This document shows, one piece after another, positions 26,343 to 36,135 of a DNA stretch of 37,196 nucleotides. Origin of the DNA: Verrucomicrobia bacterium UBA6015 (GTDB lineage Bacteria > Verrucomicrobiota > Kiritimatiellia > UBA8416); contig DIZZ01000154.1 of assembly GCA_002428045.1 (NCBI GenBank), forward strand, positions 4,691 to 41,886. Reading direction: 5' to 3'. The stretch's first letter is position 1, and each line of letters begins with the position of its first letter. Made by a program: the position numbers and the translations under genes. The notes below the pieces were generated by a model, which worked only from the letters and a program-made list of their open reading frames with translations, ran no database searches and was not told the origin of the DNA.

Positions 26343-29153
26343 TTACATCATCGCCTTGATCGTCTCGGCACTCAACACATGCAGGGGGTTGAAGTCCGTG
26401 CTGCCAGCATAGCGGTAGAGGCAGGCAAGAAGCTGCCGAGCCTCGGGATGGGCCTGCAGGCCGGGCAGGTCGATCGCGCAGACCAGCAGCCGCCCCTTCC
26501 CCACCCTGGCCTCGAAAATTAGGCCGAGCTTGTGATTGCGGTCGATCCCATCGATCACCTGCAGGATCGGACGGTAGGACGAATCGGTATCGTCGAGGAT
26601 GACCGGATCGCTATGCTTGACCAGTTGCCACCATTGCCAGTTGCTGTGGAACTCGGTCGGGAAATCCTCAAACAGCGGGTGTTTCGGATCGCACAGGATC
26701 CCCTGGGTGCCAGGCACCTCACGCCCGTCGGGACCCTTGCGCCCGCCCATCCGGAACATCGGCGACCAGAACCCGGTCTGGAAGGCCATCGTCACCGTCT
26801 GCTTGACCGTACCCGGTGCCGGGATCAGCACGACCGTCCCGCCCTGTTCCAGGTCCTTCTCGACCTGGCGTGAAAACGCGTGCGCCACGGTTATGCCCTT
26901 CGGCGGCGTAACCCCCGTTTTCGCCGGATATACCCATAGGTCGTAGCGGTTGCGGTAGGCGGTTCCCTTGAGCGAAAGCGTGAGCACCAGCTTGGTGGCC
27001 TTGCTGATCGACCGGAGCGGTGCATGGATTAGATCGATCTCGGTCAACGTCCCGGTGGGGATATCGACCGCGCAGGTCTCGCCCTGCGCCACGGTTTTGC
27101 GTCCGGCACACAGCGTCCAGGTCACCGTCTGGCCCTGCAAGTCAAGCGGTCCGTAATGTGCTACGCGCACGCGCCCTCGGAAATCCTCGTCGTTGGTCCA
27201 TATATATTTGCGCATCCAGAGCAGTGGCACGGTCTCGCCACAGAATTCGCGCCAGGCCTCGGGCGTAATCAGCCCCTTCGAGTCCATGAATACATCGAGG
27301 ATGCCGACGAGCGCCGTCCCTTGTCCGCTGAAATCCTGAAGATCGAGCAGATGGAACCCGCCGACGCCGGGCGTGCGCAGATTCGCCTCGACATCCTCGC
27401 GATGGCAGATCACCGAGAGCGCGCCCGATGCCTTGAAGAAATCCATGGCTTGATCGAGCATCCCTGCCGCCCGCAGGCGCTCGCGGAAAATCCCGAAATT
27501 GTTCGCCTGCAACACGCCCGTGTATTTCTTGATCTCGCGGTAGTCGGGATACATCTCGAACTCGGCCATCTCATGCCCGATCACGGGGACCGGGACCCCC
27601 TGTAGCGAGGCGCTGTAGTCAACCGTGGTCGATGGCGGCTGATGATCAATATGGCATTTTACCTCAAAGGATGCTCCTCGCATGGGTAGCCCCTTGCCCG
27701 TGGCACGGGTGATCCAGAACTCGTCGCCGGCACGCAAGCCGATGTCCCAGTGGAAGTGTCCCGATCCCATGGCGTAGAGATGCCTGCCATCCAGCTTGCG
27801 GAAGTGGTCGCACATGCTTTTCATGACTCCCTCATCCCCACCCAGCTCGTTGCCAAGCGTCAGCATGACAAACGAGGGATGATTGCCGTAATGCCGCAGG
27901 ATACGTTCGCCCTCGCGAATCAGGTAGGCGGTCCGGATCGCTGGCGGTCCGCCGTCCCCTTCAAGCTCCGCCAAGGTCTCGTAGGCTTCCGCTGGCGGCT
28001 TGTAGCCACGGTTCTCGGGGGCGGTGATCTCTCGCTTGTTGGGCAGTTCGACCTGGAGGTAGATGCCCAGCTCGTCGGCAGCGGCAAAGGCCGCCTCGGG
28101 CGGACACCAGGAATGGAACCGGTAATGGTTGATGCCATAGGATTTCGAGATCGCCAGCAGCCGCGTCCACTCGGCCTTGTCCATCGGCGCGTAGCCGGTC
28201 AGCGGAAAGAGGGCACAGTCGAGCTTGCCACGCAGGAGGGTCGGTCGCCCGTTGATCACGAATTGCCCCCTGGCTGTCTTGAACGAGCACAGACCGCAGA
28301 TAACACTCCGTCGGTCGGTGATCCAGGTGGCTACCGGCATCGCCCGGACGTCGGCGGTCACCCGCAGCAGCGCCGGGTTGAATTCGTCCCAGCCGGTCAC
28401 CTCGGACGGCATCGGCAGGCTTGCACTCACGGTCGTCAACCCGTGATCCAGCAACTTTCCGGTGATGACCGGCGGGATCGTGAACACCTTTTCCTGTCCG
28501 ACCCCTTCGGCGCGCCAGGTGATATCGGATCCACCGCTCCAGGGGGTCTCATTCATCACCTTGGCCACCAGTTTCAGCGTACGCGTCGCGACATCCGGCG
28601 TGACTTGCAGATCCCGGATCCAGATCGGCTCGTGCATCTGCAGCTCCATCCGGCCAACAATCCCGTTCCAGTTGGTCTGTGTGCGCTCATCCACCTGATG
28701 GCAGGGTCCAACCGGCGGCAACTTGGCGTTGTCGACGAGAATCGTGAGGGTGTGCTGACCCGGGGTGAGACGGACCGACAGATCGAACTCGTGCGGTGTC
28801 GACAGCGAATCATCGCTCCCAGCCCAGGTGGCATCCACCCAGACCTGGCTATTCTTGGTACGTTCAAGGAAGAGGATGATCTTCTTGCCTGCCCAGTGCG
28901 GGGGAATTGTCACCTCCTTCTGGTACCAGGCGGGCGCGATCCAGCGGCGTACGCGCGAAAGCCGGTCGGCACAGGCTTCATGGGTCAACTCGCCAACGCC
29001 CGCTTCATCCGTGGTCCCCGGCAGGGCGATGGTCTTGTCGAGACGCTGCGAGAACCACGCCTCGCGGATGCCTACATTCGCCGCATCCAGCGCCAGCCGC
29101 CACTCGCCCGCCAGTGATATCACCTGCTCTTGGTCGTTTCCCATGTCACGCAT
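26343..29153 (-). CDS. Glycoside hydrolase family 2 protein
   Basis: AAAGGAG RBS; GH2 N-terminal sugar-binding domain (ISLAGEW, AWYQKEV, LFLER, NWNGIVG), YGINHYRFHSW, LGNEL (acid/base), IGHE (nucleophile). Confidence 0.88.
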   Translation of the reverse strand: MRDMGNDQEQVISLAGEWRLALDAANVGIREAWFSQRLDKTIALPGTTDEAGVGELTHEACADRLSRVRRWIAPAWYQKEVTIPPHWAGKKIILFLERTKNSQVWVDATWAGSDDSLSTPHEFDLSVRLTPGQHTLTILVDNAKLPPVGPCHQVDERTQTNWNGIVGRMELQMHEPIWIRDLQVTPDVATRTLKLVAKVMNETPWSGGSDITWRAEGVGQEKVFTIPPVITGKLLDHGLTTVSASLPMPSEVTGWDEFNPALLRVTADVRAMPVATWITDRRSVICGLCSFKTARGQFVINGRPTLLRGKLDCALFPLTGYAPMDKAEWTRLLAISKSYGINHYRFHSWCPPEAAFAAADELGIYLQVELPNKREITAPENRGYKPPAEAYETLAELEGDGGPPAIRTAYLIREGERILRHYGNHPSFVMLTLGNELGGDEGVMKSMCDHFRKLDGRHLYAMGSGHFHWDIGLRAGDEFWITRATGKGLPMRGASFEVKCHIDHQPPSTTVDYSASLQGVPVPVIGHEMAEFEMYPDYREIKKYTGVLQANNFGIFRERLRAAGMLDQAMDFFKASGALSVICHREDVEANLRTPGVGGFHLLDLQDFSGQGTALVGILDVFMDSKGLITPEAWREFCGETVPLLWMRKYIWTNDEDFRGRVRVAHYGPLDLQGQTVTWTLCAGRKTVAQGETCAVDIPTGTLTEIDLIHAPLRSISKATKLVLTLSLKGTAYRNRYDLWVYPAKTGVTPPKGITVAHAFSRQVEKDLEQGGTVVLIPAPGTVKQTVTMAFQTGFWSPMFRMGGRKGPDGREVPGTQGILCDPKHPLFEDFPTEFHSNWQWWQLVKHSDPVILDDTDSSYRPILQVIDGIDRNHKLGLIFEARVGKGRLLVCAIDLPGLQAHPEARQLLACLYRYAGSTDFNPLHVLSAETIKAMM

Positions 29154-29195
29154 TCGTCAACTCCTTTCGATCCAAATTAGATGCTTTACACTTGA

Positions 29196-30296
29196 TCATG
29201 CCGCTGGCGGCGGCTCGGGGGGCAGGTCGATGTGGAAGACCGTTCCCTGGTCGCTCTGAGTGTCGAAGCGGATGGTTCCGCCGTGGGCGGTGATGATCGA
29301 ATGGGTGATGGCCATGCCGAGCCCCAGCCCCTTCTGCTTGCCGTGGGTTGAAAACGCCTCGAAAAGGTTATGCCGCACCTGTTCGGGAATGCCGGGACCA
29401 TTGTCACCGACATGCAGATGCAGGTTTCCCGCCTCATCCTGTTCGGCCTCGATCCGCAACTGGCTGTTGGCGCGTCCCTCCATCGCCTGGGCCGCATTCG
29501 AGGCCAGGTTTTGCAGGACGCGTAGCAGCTTGTCCTGATCGGCACAGACGGTGCAGTTGACCGGTGCAATCCGCAGCGCGATCCCGAGCGAGTTGAAATA
29601 GTCGCGGTTCAGCCGGTCGAACCGGTCAAACAGCTCCGCCAGTGCAAACGGCTGGGCCTTCAGCGCGGTGACCCCGCGCGAGAACTCCATGACCTCTTCC
29701 GCCATCCCCATCATCCGGTCGATCTGCTCGCTCATCATGCCGCTGTACTTCGCGCAGTCGGGATGCATCCGCTTGATCACATCCGCCAGCATGTTGATCA
29801 CGGTGAACGGATTGCGGAAGTCGTGGATAATCCCGTTGATCATCTTGCCGACCAGCGACATCCGCTCCTGGCGCAACAGCTCCTCGACATGCCGCTGGTT
29901 GCTGTCGCGGATACGCCCGATGATCTTGATGGTCAGCGCCAGCCCCGCGTTGGCGTCATGCAGGTACTTGAGGATGACCTCACGGGAGATGGCGGCCAGC
30001 TTCACTGGGCCGGCGGCCGACACCGTCGCGCTGCGCGGGCGCCCGTCGAGCACGGCGAATTCCCCCACGAAATCGTTCGCATGGATGTACGCGATGATCT
30101 GGTTATGATGTCCGGAGGTGTCGTGCTTGCTGATCGCCATGGAGCCTTCTAGGACGAGATACAGGCAGTCGGGAGGATCCCCCTCCTTGAAGAGAACAAC
30201 GCCGTCATCCAGCGTCAGCAGGGCGGCTTCCTTGATCATCGCCCCGGTCATCTCCGCATCGAAAAAAGTAAAGAAAGAATGATCATTGATCTGCAT
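29196..30296 (-). CDS. Cytoplasmic sensor histidine kinase with N-terminal cyclic-nucleotide-binding domain
   Basis: cNMP domain LFKEGD...LYLVLEG...GEFAVLDGRPRSATV; H box IHDFRNP; N box NLASNAAQA; G1 DNGPGIP; G2 GLGLG; no TM segment. Confidence 0.9.
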   Translation of the reverse strand: MQINDHSFFTFFDAEMTGAMIKEAALLTLDDGVVLFKEGDPPDCLYLVLEGSMAISKHDTSGHHNQIIAYIHANDFVGEFAVLDGRPRSATVSAAGPVKLAAISREVILKYLHDANAGLALTIKIIGRIRDSNQRHVEELLRQERMSLVGKMINGIIHDFRNPFTVINMLADVIKRMHPDCAKYSGMMSEQIDRMMGMAEEVMEFSRGVTALKAQPFALAELFDRFDRLNRDYFNSLGIALRIAPVNCTVCADQDKLLRVLQNLASNAAQAMEGRANSQLRIEAEQDEAGNLHLHVGDNGPGIPEQVRHNLFEAFSTHGKQKGLGLGMAITHSIITAHGGTIRFDTQSDQGTVFHIDLPPEPPPAA

Positions 30297-30380
30297 GTTT
30301 GAACCCTAGCATCACCGAAGGTAAATTTCCATAAAAAAACATTTTGACTTATGAAGGTTATGTTAGTAAAAAAGCATCCC

Positions 30381-33300
30381 ATGAGACACGGAACTATATT
30401 GAAACGCCGGATTTTCAAAGTTTGTCTAATCTCCCTCGTCATCGGGGTGGCTGTGGAGCCCCTGCGGGCCCAGGATGCGCTGGGGGGCGCCAGCCAACTG
30501 ACGCCCGCGCAGGAAGGGGAACTGGATTATGCCGACAAGCTCTTGGCGGCCGGGCTTCCTGGCTACTCCGCCATGGTTATGTCCAAGCTGAACCTGCCTC
30601 CGGAAATCATGAATATCCGCAAGGTGAGGGGGCTGGGAGCCCAGAATAAAATGGCCGAGGCGGAGGCCATTGTCGCGGCGAATCCCGGGGATACGGAGGG
30701 TGCCTGGACGCTCAAGCTCACACTGGCCGACATGTATTACGCCTGGGGCCAATACGACAAGGCGCAGGCGCTCTATGATGCCTTCTTCAAGCGTTTTCCC
30801 AATGGACCGCAGGATGATGCGCTCAAGTCCTTCTATATGGGATCCGCCTATAAATATGCACAGATGATGCTGCTGATGAACAATCGCAAGGCCGCTGCCG
30901 AGGCGTATCGGATGGCCCTTAAAGCCAAGCCTGAACAGCACATTAAACGCATGTTGCAGAGCGAGTTATGCGACGTTCTGATCGTGGCTGCGGAAGCGAC
31001 CACCGTCGCGGCCGACCGCACTGCCTTGCTGGCCGAAACCAAGACGCTGGTGGATGACCTGCTCTGGATACAGGATGTGTGGTTCGGTCGGGCTGTGGTG
31101 GCGATGGCTTATATGCACAAGCTCAACGGCAACATCGAGAAGGCCCTGTCGCTGGTGGATGATTACATGACCGAGTTGAAGGGGATCGATGAGGCGCTGA
31201 AGGCCCAGTCGACGGATCTTGAGGATTTGACCAAACTCAGCCCGATGGCGCAGTGCCGCTATATGGTGGCCAAGATCATGCAGGAAGAGGCGGACAAAAT
31301 CCTGAAGGAAGGCGGCGACAAGCAGAAGGCCCTTGAACTGTTGGCCGGTAAGCGGGGGGCGCTGAATCATTTTGTGAATGTTTTTGCGCGTTATCCCAAT
31401 ACGGCATGGGCCCCCGACGCCGGCACCCGTTTCCGGCAGATCGAGGAACAGCTCAAGCAGGTCTGGGACAAAACCATCAATGTCCCGATTACCCCGGAAC
31501 AATGGGCTGCCGTGGAAACGGCGCAGTTCCGCGAGGCACGGGCGCTTTTCAACCAGCAGCGCTTTACCGATGCGGCAACGTTGTACGAGCAATTGCTTTC
31601 CGTCTTCCCGGATCGTGAAACCGCCGTCCAGGGGCTTGGTGAACTGGCCGCCTGCTACATCGAGAACGGTGAGGAAGTGTTGGCGGATACCGTGGTCAGG
31701 CACACGGCTGAACGTTTCAACAAGCACAAGGATCTGATGGCGCTGGCGGGGGATCAGGTGGTGCGGATTGCTTTCAAATACGGGGAACAGAACAAGCCCG
31801 AGAAAATGCGCGAGACCTATGGCGTGTTCTTTGAATATTTCAAGAACCACCCCCGCACGGTACTGGAGCTTTACCGTTTTGCCGATGAGGCGTTCCGTAA
31901 TAAGGAATTCGATCTGGCGATGGGGTATTTCCAGCGGATCGTTAAGGATCACGAAGGAAAACCGGCCTACATTGATTCGTTGAACCGGATCGCCATGATC
32001 CACGAGGAGCAGGGGAATGCGGAGGAGCAGGTCAAGGCGCTGAATGTCCTGATCAAGAAGCTGGAAGAGCGGGGCGAGAAGGTCCACTTGCAGATTAACG
32101 CCATGTATCGGTTTGCCGTCGCCTTGCGGGGGATGGGACCGAAATTTACCGATGTGGTTGTTAAAAAGTTCACCGAATTGGAAGATTTACTGAAAGACGA
32201 GACCAAGCGGCAGGCTTATCAGAAAAACCCAGAGGAGACCAAGGCCAATGTCCAGGTCCTCCAGGCGGCGATGTTGTTCCGGGCGATGACCGATGCTTCC
32301 CGCAAGGTGGTTCCGGCACCTATCCAGGCCATGTATGATAAAAAAAATGCAGGCAAGCCAGTGCCTCCCGACATGATCCTGAAGAATCATTACAAGGTCC
32401 CGGCGGTCAACGTGTTGCAGGAGTTGGTCAAGCTGTTCCCGGATTCGCCCTATGCGCCCACGGCGCTGAGCCAGATGGGGGCGTTGTACACCGTTCTTGG
32501 CAAGCCGGACGAGGCGCGTCAGGCGTTGCAGCGGCTGCAGAAGGAATATAAGGACTCGAAAGAGGCGGCGAATGCGCAGTACATGCTGAGCATTGCCCTG
32601 CTGGGAATGGATATGCGGACCGAGGCGGTGGCCTCCTTCAAGCAGATGTTCTCGGCGCAGGGGGGCGAGTTTAACCCGAGTCAAGTGTTATCCGCCGGCC
32701 GCGAACTGCTGGCGGCAGGCGAATTTGAGATTGCGGTCGAGGCGTTTGACCGCATCATCCAGACGGTCAAGGAGCGTAATCTGCTTGAACCGGCCCGTGT
32801 TGGCAAGGGGCAGGCGCTCGTTCGGTTGAATCGTTTTCCCGAGGCCATGGAGGTGCTGGATAAGGTGTTGGTGGACTATCCGAATTCCGGGATGACGGTG
32901 GAAATCTGCCGCAGCGCGAGTCTGGCTTATGCGGCGGTGGCTAGCGAGACCGCCGACGCGAAGAGCCGCTTTGACTTGTTCAACAAGGCCATCGATGCGA
33001 TCAAGCGGGCACGCCGTCTCGTGAAGGATGCTGGCGTGCAGACGGAGATGGACGTCGTGGTCGCGCAGATATTGGAGCGGAAAATGCAGGCCGAAGGCAA
33101 GTTCGGCACGCCTGCCACGGTGGCGGAGTACCGCAATGATGCGGTGGCTGCCTACCAGTCCGTCATGATGTTCAGGAATCCGAAGGATGCGGCAGTCGCC
33201 CCTCACCTGGAGGATGCCTATGCCGGTTGCATAACCTTGCTGGTGGACATGGAGCGTTGGGATGATGTGGTGCAGGATGCGCAGAGTTACCTGGATGCGT

Positions 33301-33506
33301 TTCCCAAAGGCAAGCATGTGTTGACAATACGCCAGGCGTTGAACAAGGCTCGTGTCAGCGGGGGCGCGGGAGCGTCACCTGCGCCAGCAGGAGGCGCACC
33401 GGAAGCATTGCCAGCAGCCACTCCGGTCGCTGCGCCGGAGTCAACGCCAGCCGCTGTTGCTCCGGCCGCTGCGCCGGCAAGCGGTGAAGCCAGTCCGCAG
33501 AGTTAA
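30381..33506 (+). CDS. Large secreted tetratricopeptide-repeat protein
   Basis: Signal peptide ending LRA-QD; repeated TPR-like helices (e.g. YEQLLSVFPD, LVKLFPDSPYAPTALSQMG, VLVDYPNS); Ala/Pro-rich C-terminal tail. Alternative start at 30351. Confidence 0.85.
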   Translation: MRHGTILKRRIFKVCLISLVIGVAVEPLRAQDALGGASQLTPAQEGELDYADKLLAAGLPGYSAMVMSKLNLPPEIMNIRKVRGLGAQNKMAEAEAIVAANPGDTEGAWTLKLTLADMYYAWGQYDKAQALYDAFFKRFPNGPQDDALKSFYMGSAYKYAQMMLLMNNRKAAAEAYRMALKAKPEQHIKRMLQSELCDVLIVAAEATTVAADRTALLAETKTLVDDLLWIQDVWFGRAVVAMAYMHKLNGNIEKALSLVDDYMTELKGIDEALKAQSTDLEDLTKLSPMAQCRYMVAKIMQEEADKILKEGGDKQKALELLAGKRGALNHFVNVFARYPNTAWAPDAGTRFRQIEEQLKQVWDKTINVPITPEQWAAVETAQFREARALFNQQRFTDAATLYEQLLSVFPDRETAVQGLGELAACYIENGEEVLADTVVRHTAERFNKHKDLMALAGDQVVRIAFKYGEQNKPEKMRETYGVFFEYFKNHPRTVLELYRFADEAFRNKEFDLAMGYFQRIVKDHEGKPAYIDSLNRIAMIHEEQGNAEEQVKALNVLIKKLEERGEKVHLQINAMYRFAVALRGMGPKFTDVVVKKFTELEDLLKDETKRQAYQKNPEETKANVQVLQAAMLFRAMTDASRKVVPAPIQAMYDKKNAGKPVPPDMILKNHYKVPAVNVLQELVKLFPDSPYAPTALSQMGALYTVLGKPDEARQALQRLQKEYKDSKEAANAQYMLSIALLGMDMRTEAVASFKQMFSAQGGEFNPSQVLSAGRELLAAGEFEIAVEAFDRIIQTVKERNLLEPARVGKGQALVRLNRFPEAMEVLDKVLVDYPNSGMTVEICRSASLAYAAVASETADAKSRFDLFNKAIDAIKRARRLVKDAGVQTEMDVVVAQILERKMQAEGKFGTPATVAEYRNDAVAAYQSVMMFRNPKDAAVAPHLEDAYAGCITLLVDMERWDDVVQDAQSYLDAFPKGKHVLTIRQALNKARVSGGAGASPAPAGGAPEALPAATPVAAPESTPAAVAPAAAPASGEASPQS

Positions 33507-33530
33507 TCAAAGTAAGGGGGGGGTAGTTCA

Positions 33531-34349
33531 ATGAAATGTTTGGAAACAGGTCGAATCGGGCACCGTGGCAGGGTGTTGTTGTCGCTAGTCTCCTTGCTGG
33601 TGTTGGTGGCTCCGGGGTTCGCCAACCATCAAGCCACCTTGCATATGAAGGTAGGCAACCCGATGACCGGGGTCGTCCGTTACATTGCCTCGTCCAAGAG
33701 TTACGAGATCAAGGCGGGTAGTGTGACACGCCAGGTGCCTGCTGCCGATGTCAGCCGCGTAGTGCTGGCGCAGCCGCCCGCCGGGTTGGATCAGGCGGTG
33801 AAGGCGGTCAACAGTGGTAACTTCCAGGCTCCTATTCAGACGTTGACGACGATTGTGAAAGATTATGCCATGTTCGGTCCCGATGTCGTGGCGGGCAATG
33901 CGCTGGCAAAGGCTTATCTAGGATCGGGACGCCCCAAGGAAGCGCTCAAGGCCTGCGATGATCTGATCCGTGTCAATCCTGAGTCGATGCAGACCGCTGC
34001 GTTTGCCGGGTTGTACTGGGATATTCTGTTACAGGATGGAACCAAGGGGTCAGCCCTGCGTTCAAGTCTGCGTGATGCTGTGGAAACCGGAAACCGCGAA
34101 CTGGCCGCCATGGCCTTAATTCGCCGCGGGGATCTTGAAATGAAGGATAAAAAATTCAAGGAAGCCTTGGTGGATGGGTATCTGCGGGCGATTCTGCTCT
34201 TCCAGGATGTGAATATGGTTCAGCCGGAAGCTTTGTACAAGGCGATCAAGGCGCATGAGGCGCTGAACGAGGTGCAATTAGCCGAACGGTGGCGTAAAAA
34301 ATTGCTTTCCGGATACGCCAACAGTGAATTTGCGTCAAAACTGAAATAG
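33531..34349 (+). CDS. Secreted TPR-containing protein
   Basis: Signal peptide; N-terminal beta-rich segment then TPR-like helices (ALIRRGD, QPEALYKA, LLSGYANSEFA). Confidence 0.75.
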   Translation: MKCLETGRIGHRGRVLLSLVSLLVLVAPGFANHQATLHMKVGNPMTGVVRYIASSKSYEIKAGSVTRQVPAADVSRVVLAQPPAGLDQAVKAVNSGNFQAPIQTLTTIVKDYAMFGPDVVAGNALAKAYLGSGRPKEALKACDDLIRVNPESMQTAAFAGLYWDILLQDGTKGSALRSSLRDAVETGNRELAAMALIRRGDLEMKDKKFKEALVDGYLRAILLFQDVNMVQPEALYKAIKAHEALNEVQLAERWRKKLLSGYANSEFASKLK

Positions 34350-34363
34350 TAAAAAGGGAGATT

Positions 34364-35158
34364 ATGCACATGAAGAAAGGGTTGATTTGGTTTTCGTTCT
34401 TTGGTTTGGTTGCATTGGCATTGTCGGCGGGATCCCTTTACGGGCAGGGCGCAGAACCTGCCGCCGGTACGCTCGTGACGGAGACCGGCGAGAAGATGGA
34501 AACACCGGCACCGACCGGTACGGGAAGCCAGTTCATCTTCGTGGTTTTCCAGTCCGGTCTCATGTCCTTTATTCTCTGGCTTGCGCTTTTTGCGTCCGGT
34601 GGTGCAGGGGTGTATTTTGCGACGGATTGTGCGATCACGGTTCGCCCGGATAAGATCCTGCCGCAGAAGTTGATCGACGCCGTAACTCAGGCCATGGCCG
34701 AAGGGGATGTCCTCAAGGCGTTGAAAGCCTGCGATGACGAGCCCGGTCCGCTGGCCAACGTTTTGAGTGCCGGGTTCAGTCATGTGGAGGAAGGGTTCGA
34801 TGTGATCGAAGAGGCCATCTCAACGGCCGCCGACATGGAAACCGAAAAACTAATGCAGAAATTGACATGGCTTTCGGTGTGCGCCAATCTGGCCCCGATG
34901 CTGGGTCTGCTCGGTACGGTGCAAGGTATGATCATGGCATTTGCAACGCTGGCCGGTGGCGCACCGGACGTCGGTATGCTGGCCTTGAGCATTGCGCAGG
35001 CGCTTTACACGACGGCGGGTGGCTTGGTCATCGCCATTCCTTGTGTAACGACCTACTATATTTTCCGTAACAAAGCCAACCGCACCGTGCTGCGTATGGA
35101 GGCGTTGACCATGGAAATGATCAAGGATCTGCGTCACGTCGAAGTCGTTGAAGACTAG
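34364..35158 (+). CDS. MotA/TolQ/ExbB proton-channel protein
   Basis: LAPMLGLLGTVQGMI and ALYTTAGGLVIAIP TM signatures; N-terminal signal-like segment. Confidence 0.93.
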   Translation: MHMKKGLIWFSFFGLVALALSAGSLYGQGAEPAAGTLVTETGEKMETPAPTGTGSQFIFVVFQSGLMSFILWLALFASGGAGVYFATDCAITVRPDKILPQKLIDAVTQAMAEGDVLKALKACDDEPGPLANVLSAGFSHVEEGFDVIEEAISTAADMETEKLMQKLTWLSVCANLAPMLGLLGTVQGMIMAFATLAGGAPDVGMLALSIAQALYTTAGGLVIAIPCVTTYYIFRNKANRTVLRMEALTMEMIKDLRHVEVVED

Positions 35159-35179
35159 GCGAGTCGGGAGGTAGGCAAC

Positions 35180-35599
35180 ATGGGGAAGAAAAAATACAAC
35201 GAGGGGTGTGAGCTGGATATGACGCCAATGATTGACGTCGTGTTTCAGATGATTATTTTCTTCATCGTAACGATCAAGATGGATGAGAATGTCAATGAGG
35301 ATATCAAGCTTGAACTGGCCAAGGAAGGTCCCCTCTATAAGGATCCTGATCCTACGACGATTGTGGTCGAGGTGGATCGCCGGGGTTGGATCTCCATCAA
35401 TAATCTGGCTCTTAGTGAGCAACAGCTCGGGAACATCATTGGCGGGCGATACAGGCGCCTTGGGAAAACGTTCCCGATAATGATTCGGGCAGACAAGAAC
35501 GCGCAGCACAAGGATGTGCGCAAGGTGATGGATATCTGCACGGCGCAGGGGCTCTGGCGTATTGATTTTGCAGCAATTAAGGAGCCTGTAGGCCGTTAA
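35180..35599 (+). CDS. ExbD/TolR biopolymer transport protein (copy 1)
   Basis: LDMTPMIDVVFQMIIFFIV with the conserved TM Asp; IRADKN...VRKVMD. Confidence 0.93.
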   Translation: MGKKKYNEGCELDMTPMIDVVFQMIIFFIVTIKMDENVNEDIKLELAKEGPLYKDPDPTTIVVEVDRRGWISINNLALSEQQLGNIIGGRYRRLGKTFPIMIRADKNAQHKDVRKVMDICTAQGLWRIDFAAIKEPVGR

Positions 35600-35614
35600 T
35601 GAAAGGACTAAGGC

Positions 35615-36037
35615 ATGGCTAAAAGACGAAAAAGCAGAAATAAAGGCGAAGCGGCCAAGCTCGAGATGACGCCGATGATTGATGTCGTCTTCCAGCTTCT
35701 GATTTTCTTTATTGTCACGCTCAAGGAGGTGGACATCCTCTCGCATCTGGATATCTCCCGTCCGGCACCGGATTCCAAGGCCACCCCCGAGAATCAGGTG
35801 GATGATCTATTGACCGTGCAAATCGGGAAGCAGGGCTGGGTGCTGAACGGGAGTCCCTATATGGGAGAGGTGGGCCTGAGTAAGCTGGACAAGCAGCTTA
35901 CCCGTATGGCCTCGTTCAGCAAGAATACCAGCGTCATTATTAAATGCACGGGGGATTCCCCCCATTCCTCACTGATTCGCGTCCTGAACATCCTTGCCCG
36001 CGAAGGCATGATGAACATCTCCGTGTTCAGTTTGTAG
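35615..36037 (+). CDS. ExbD/TolR biopolymer transport protein (copy 2)
   Basis: LEMTPMIDVVFQLLIFFIV with the conserved TM Asp; divergent periplasmic domain (IIKCTGDSPH). Confidence 0.9.
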   Translation: MAKRRKSRNKGEAAKLEMTPMIDVVFQLLIFFIVTLKEVDILSHLDISRPAPDSKATPENQVDDLLTVQIGKQGWVLNGSPYMGEVGLSKLDKQLTRMASFSKNTSVIIKCTGDSPHSSLIRVLNILAREGMMNISVFSL

Positions 36038-36135
36038 ATTTTTCTAAGAACTCGGTGGTGGTGTTCGTTTATGCGTTGACGGGCACAGGCTGTGTGCTAG
36101 AAGAACGGGTTTAGCGTTGACGTAAGGAGATGAGT

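Noticed and set aside
30344-30372. TTGACT-N17-TAAAAA promoter for the TPR cluster
   Set aside because: Good -35, but the -10 lacks the highly conserved final T; too weak to list as a feature.
33360-33503. Ala/Pro-rich repetitive DNA at the end of the TPR gene
   Set aside because: Low-complexity protein tail, not a tandem DNA repeat or array.
34364-36037. Calling the cluster tolQR or flagellar motAB
   Set aside because: No tolA/tolB/pal in view and no OmpA-like peptidoglycan-binding domain as in MotB; only family-level calls are supported.
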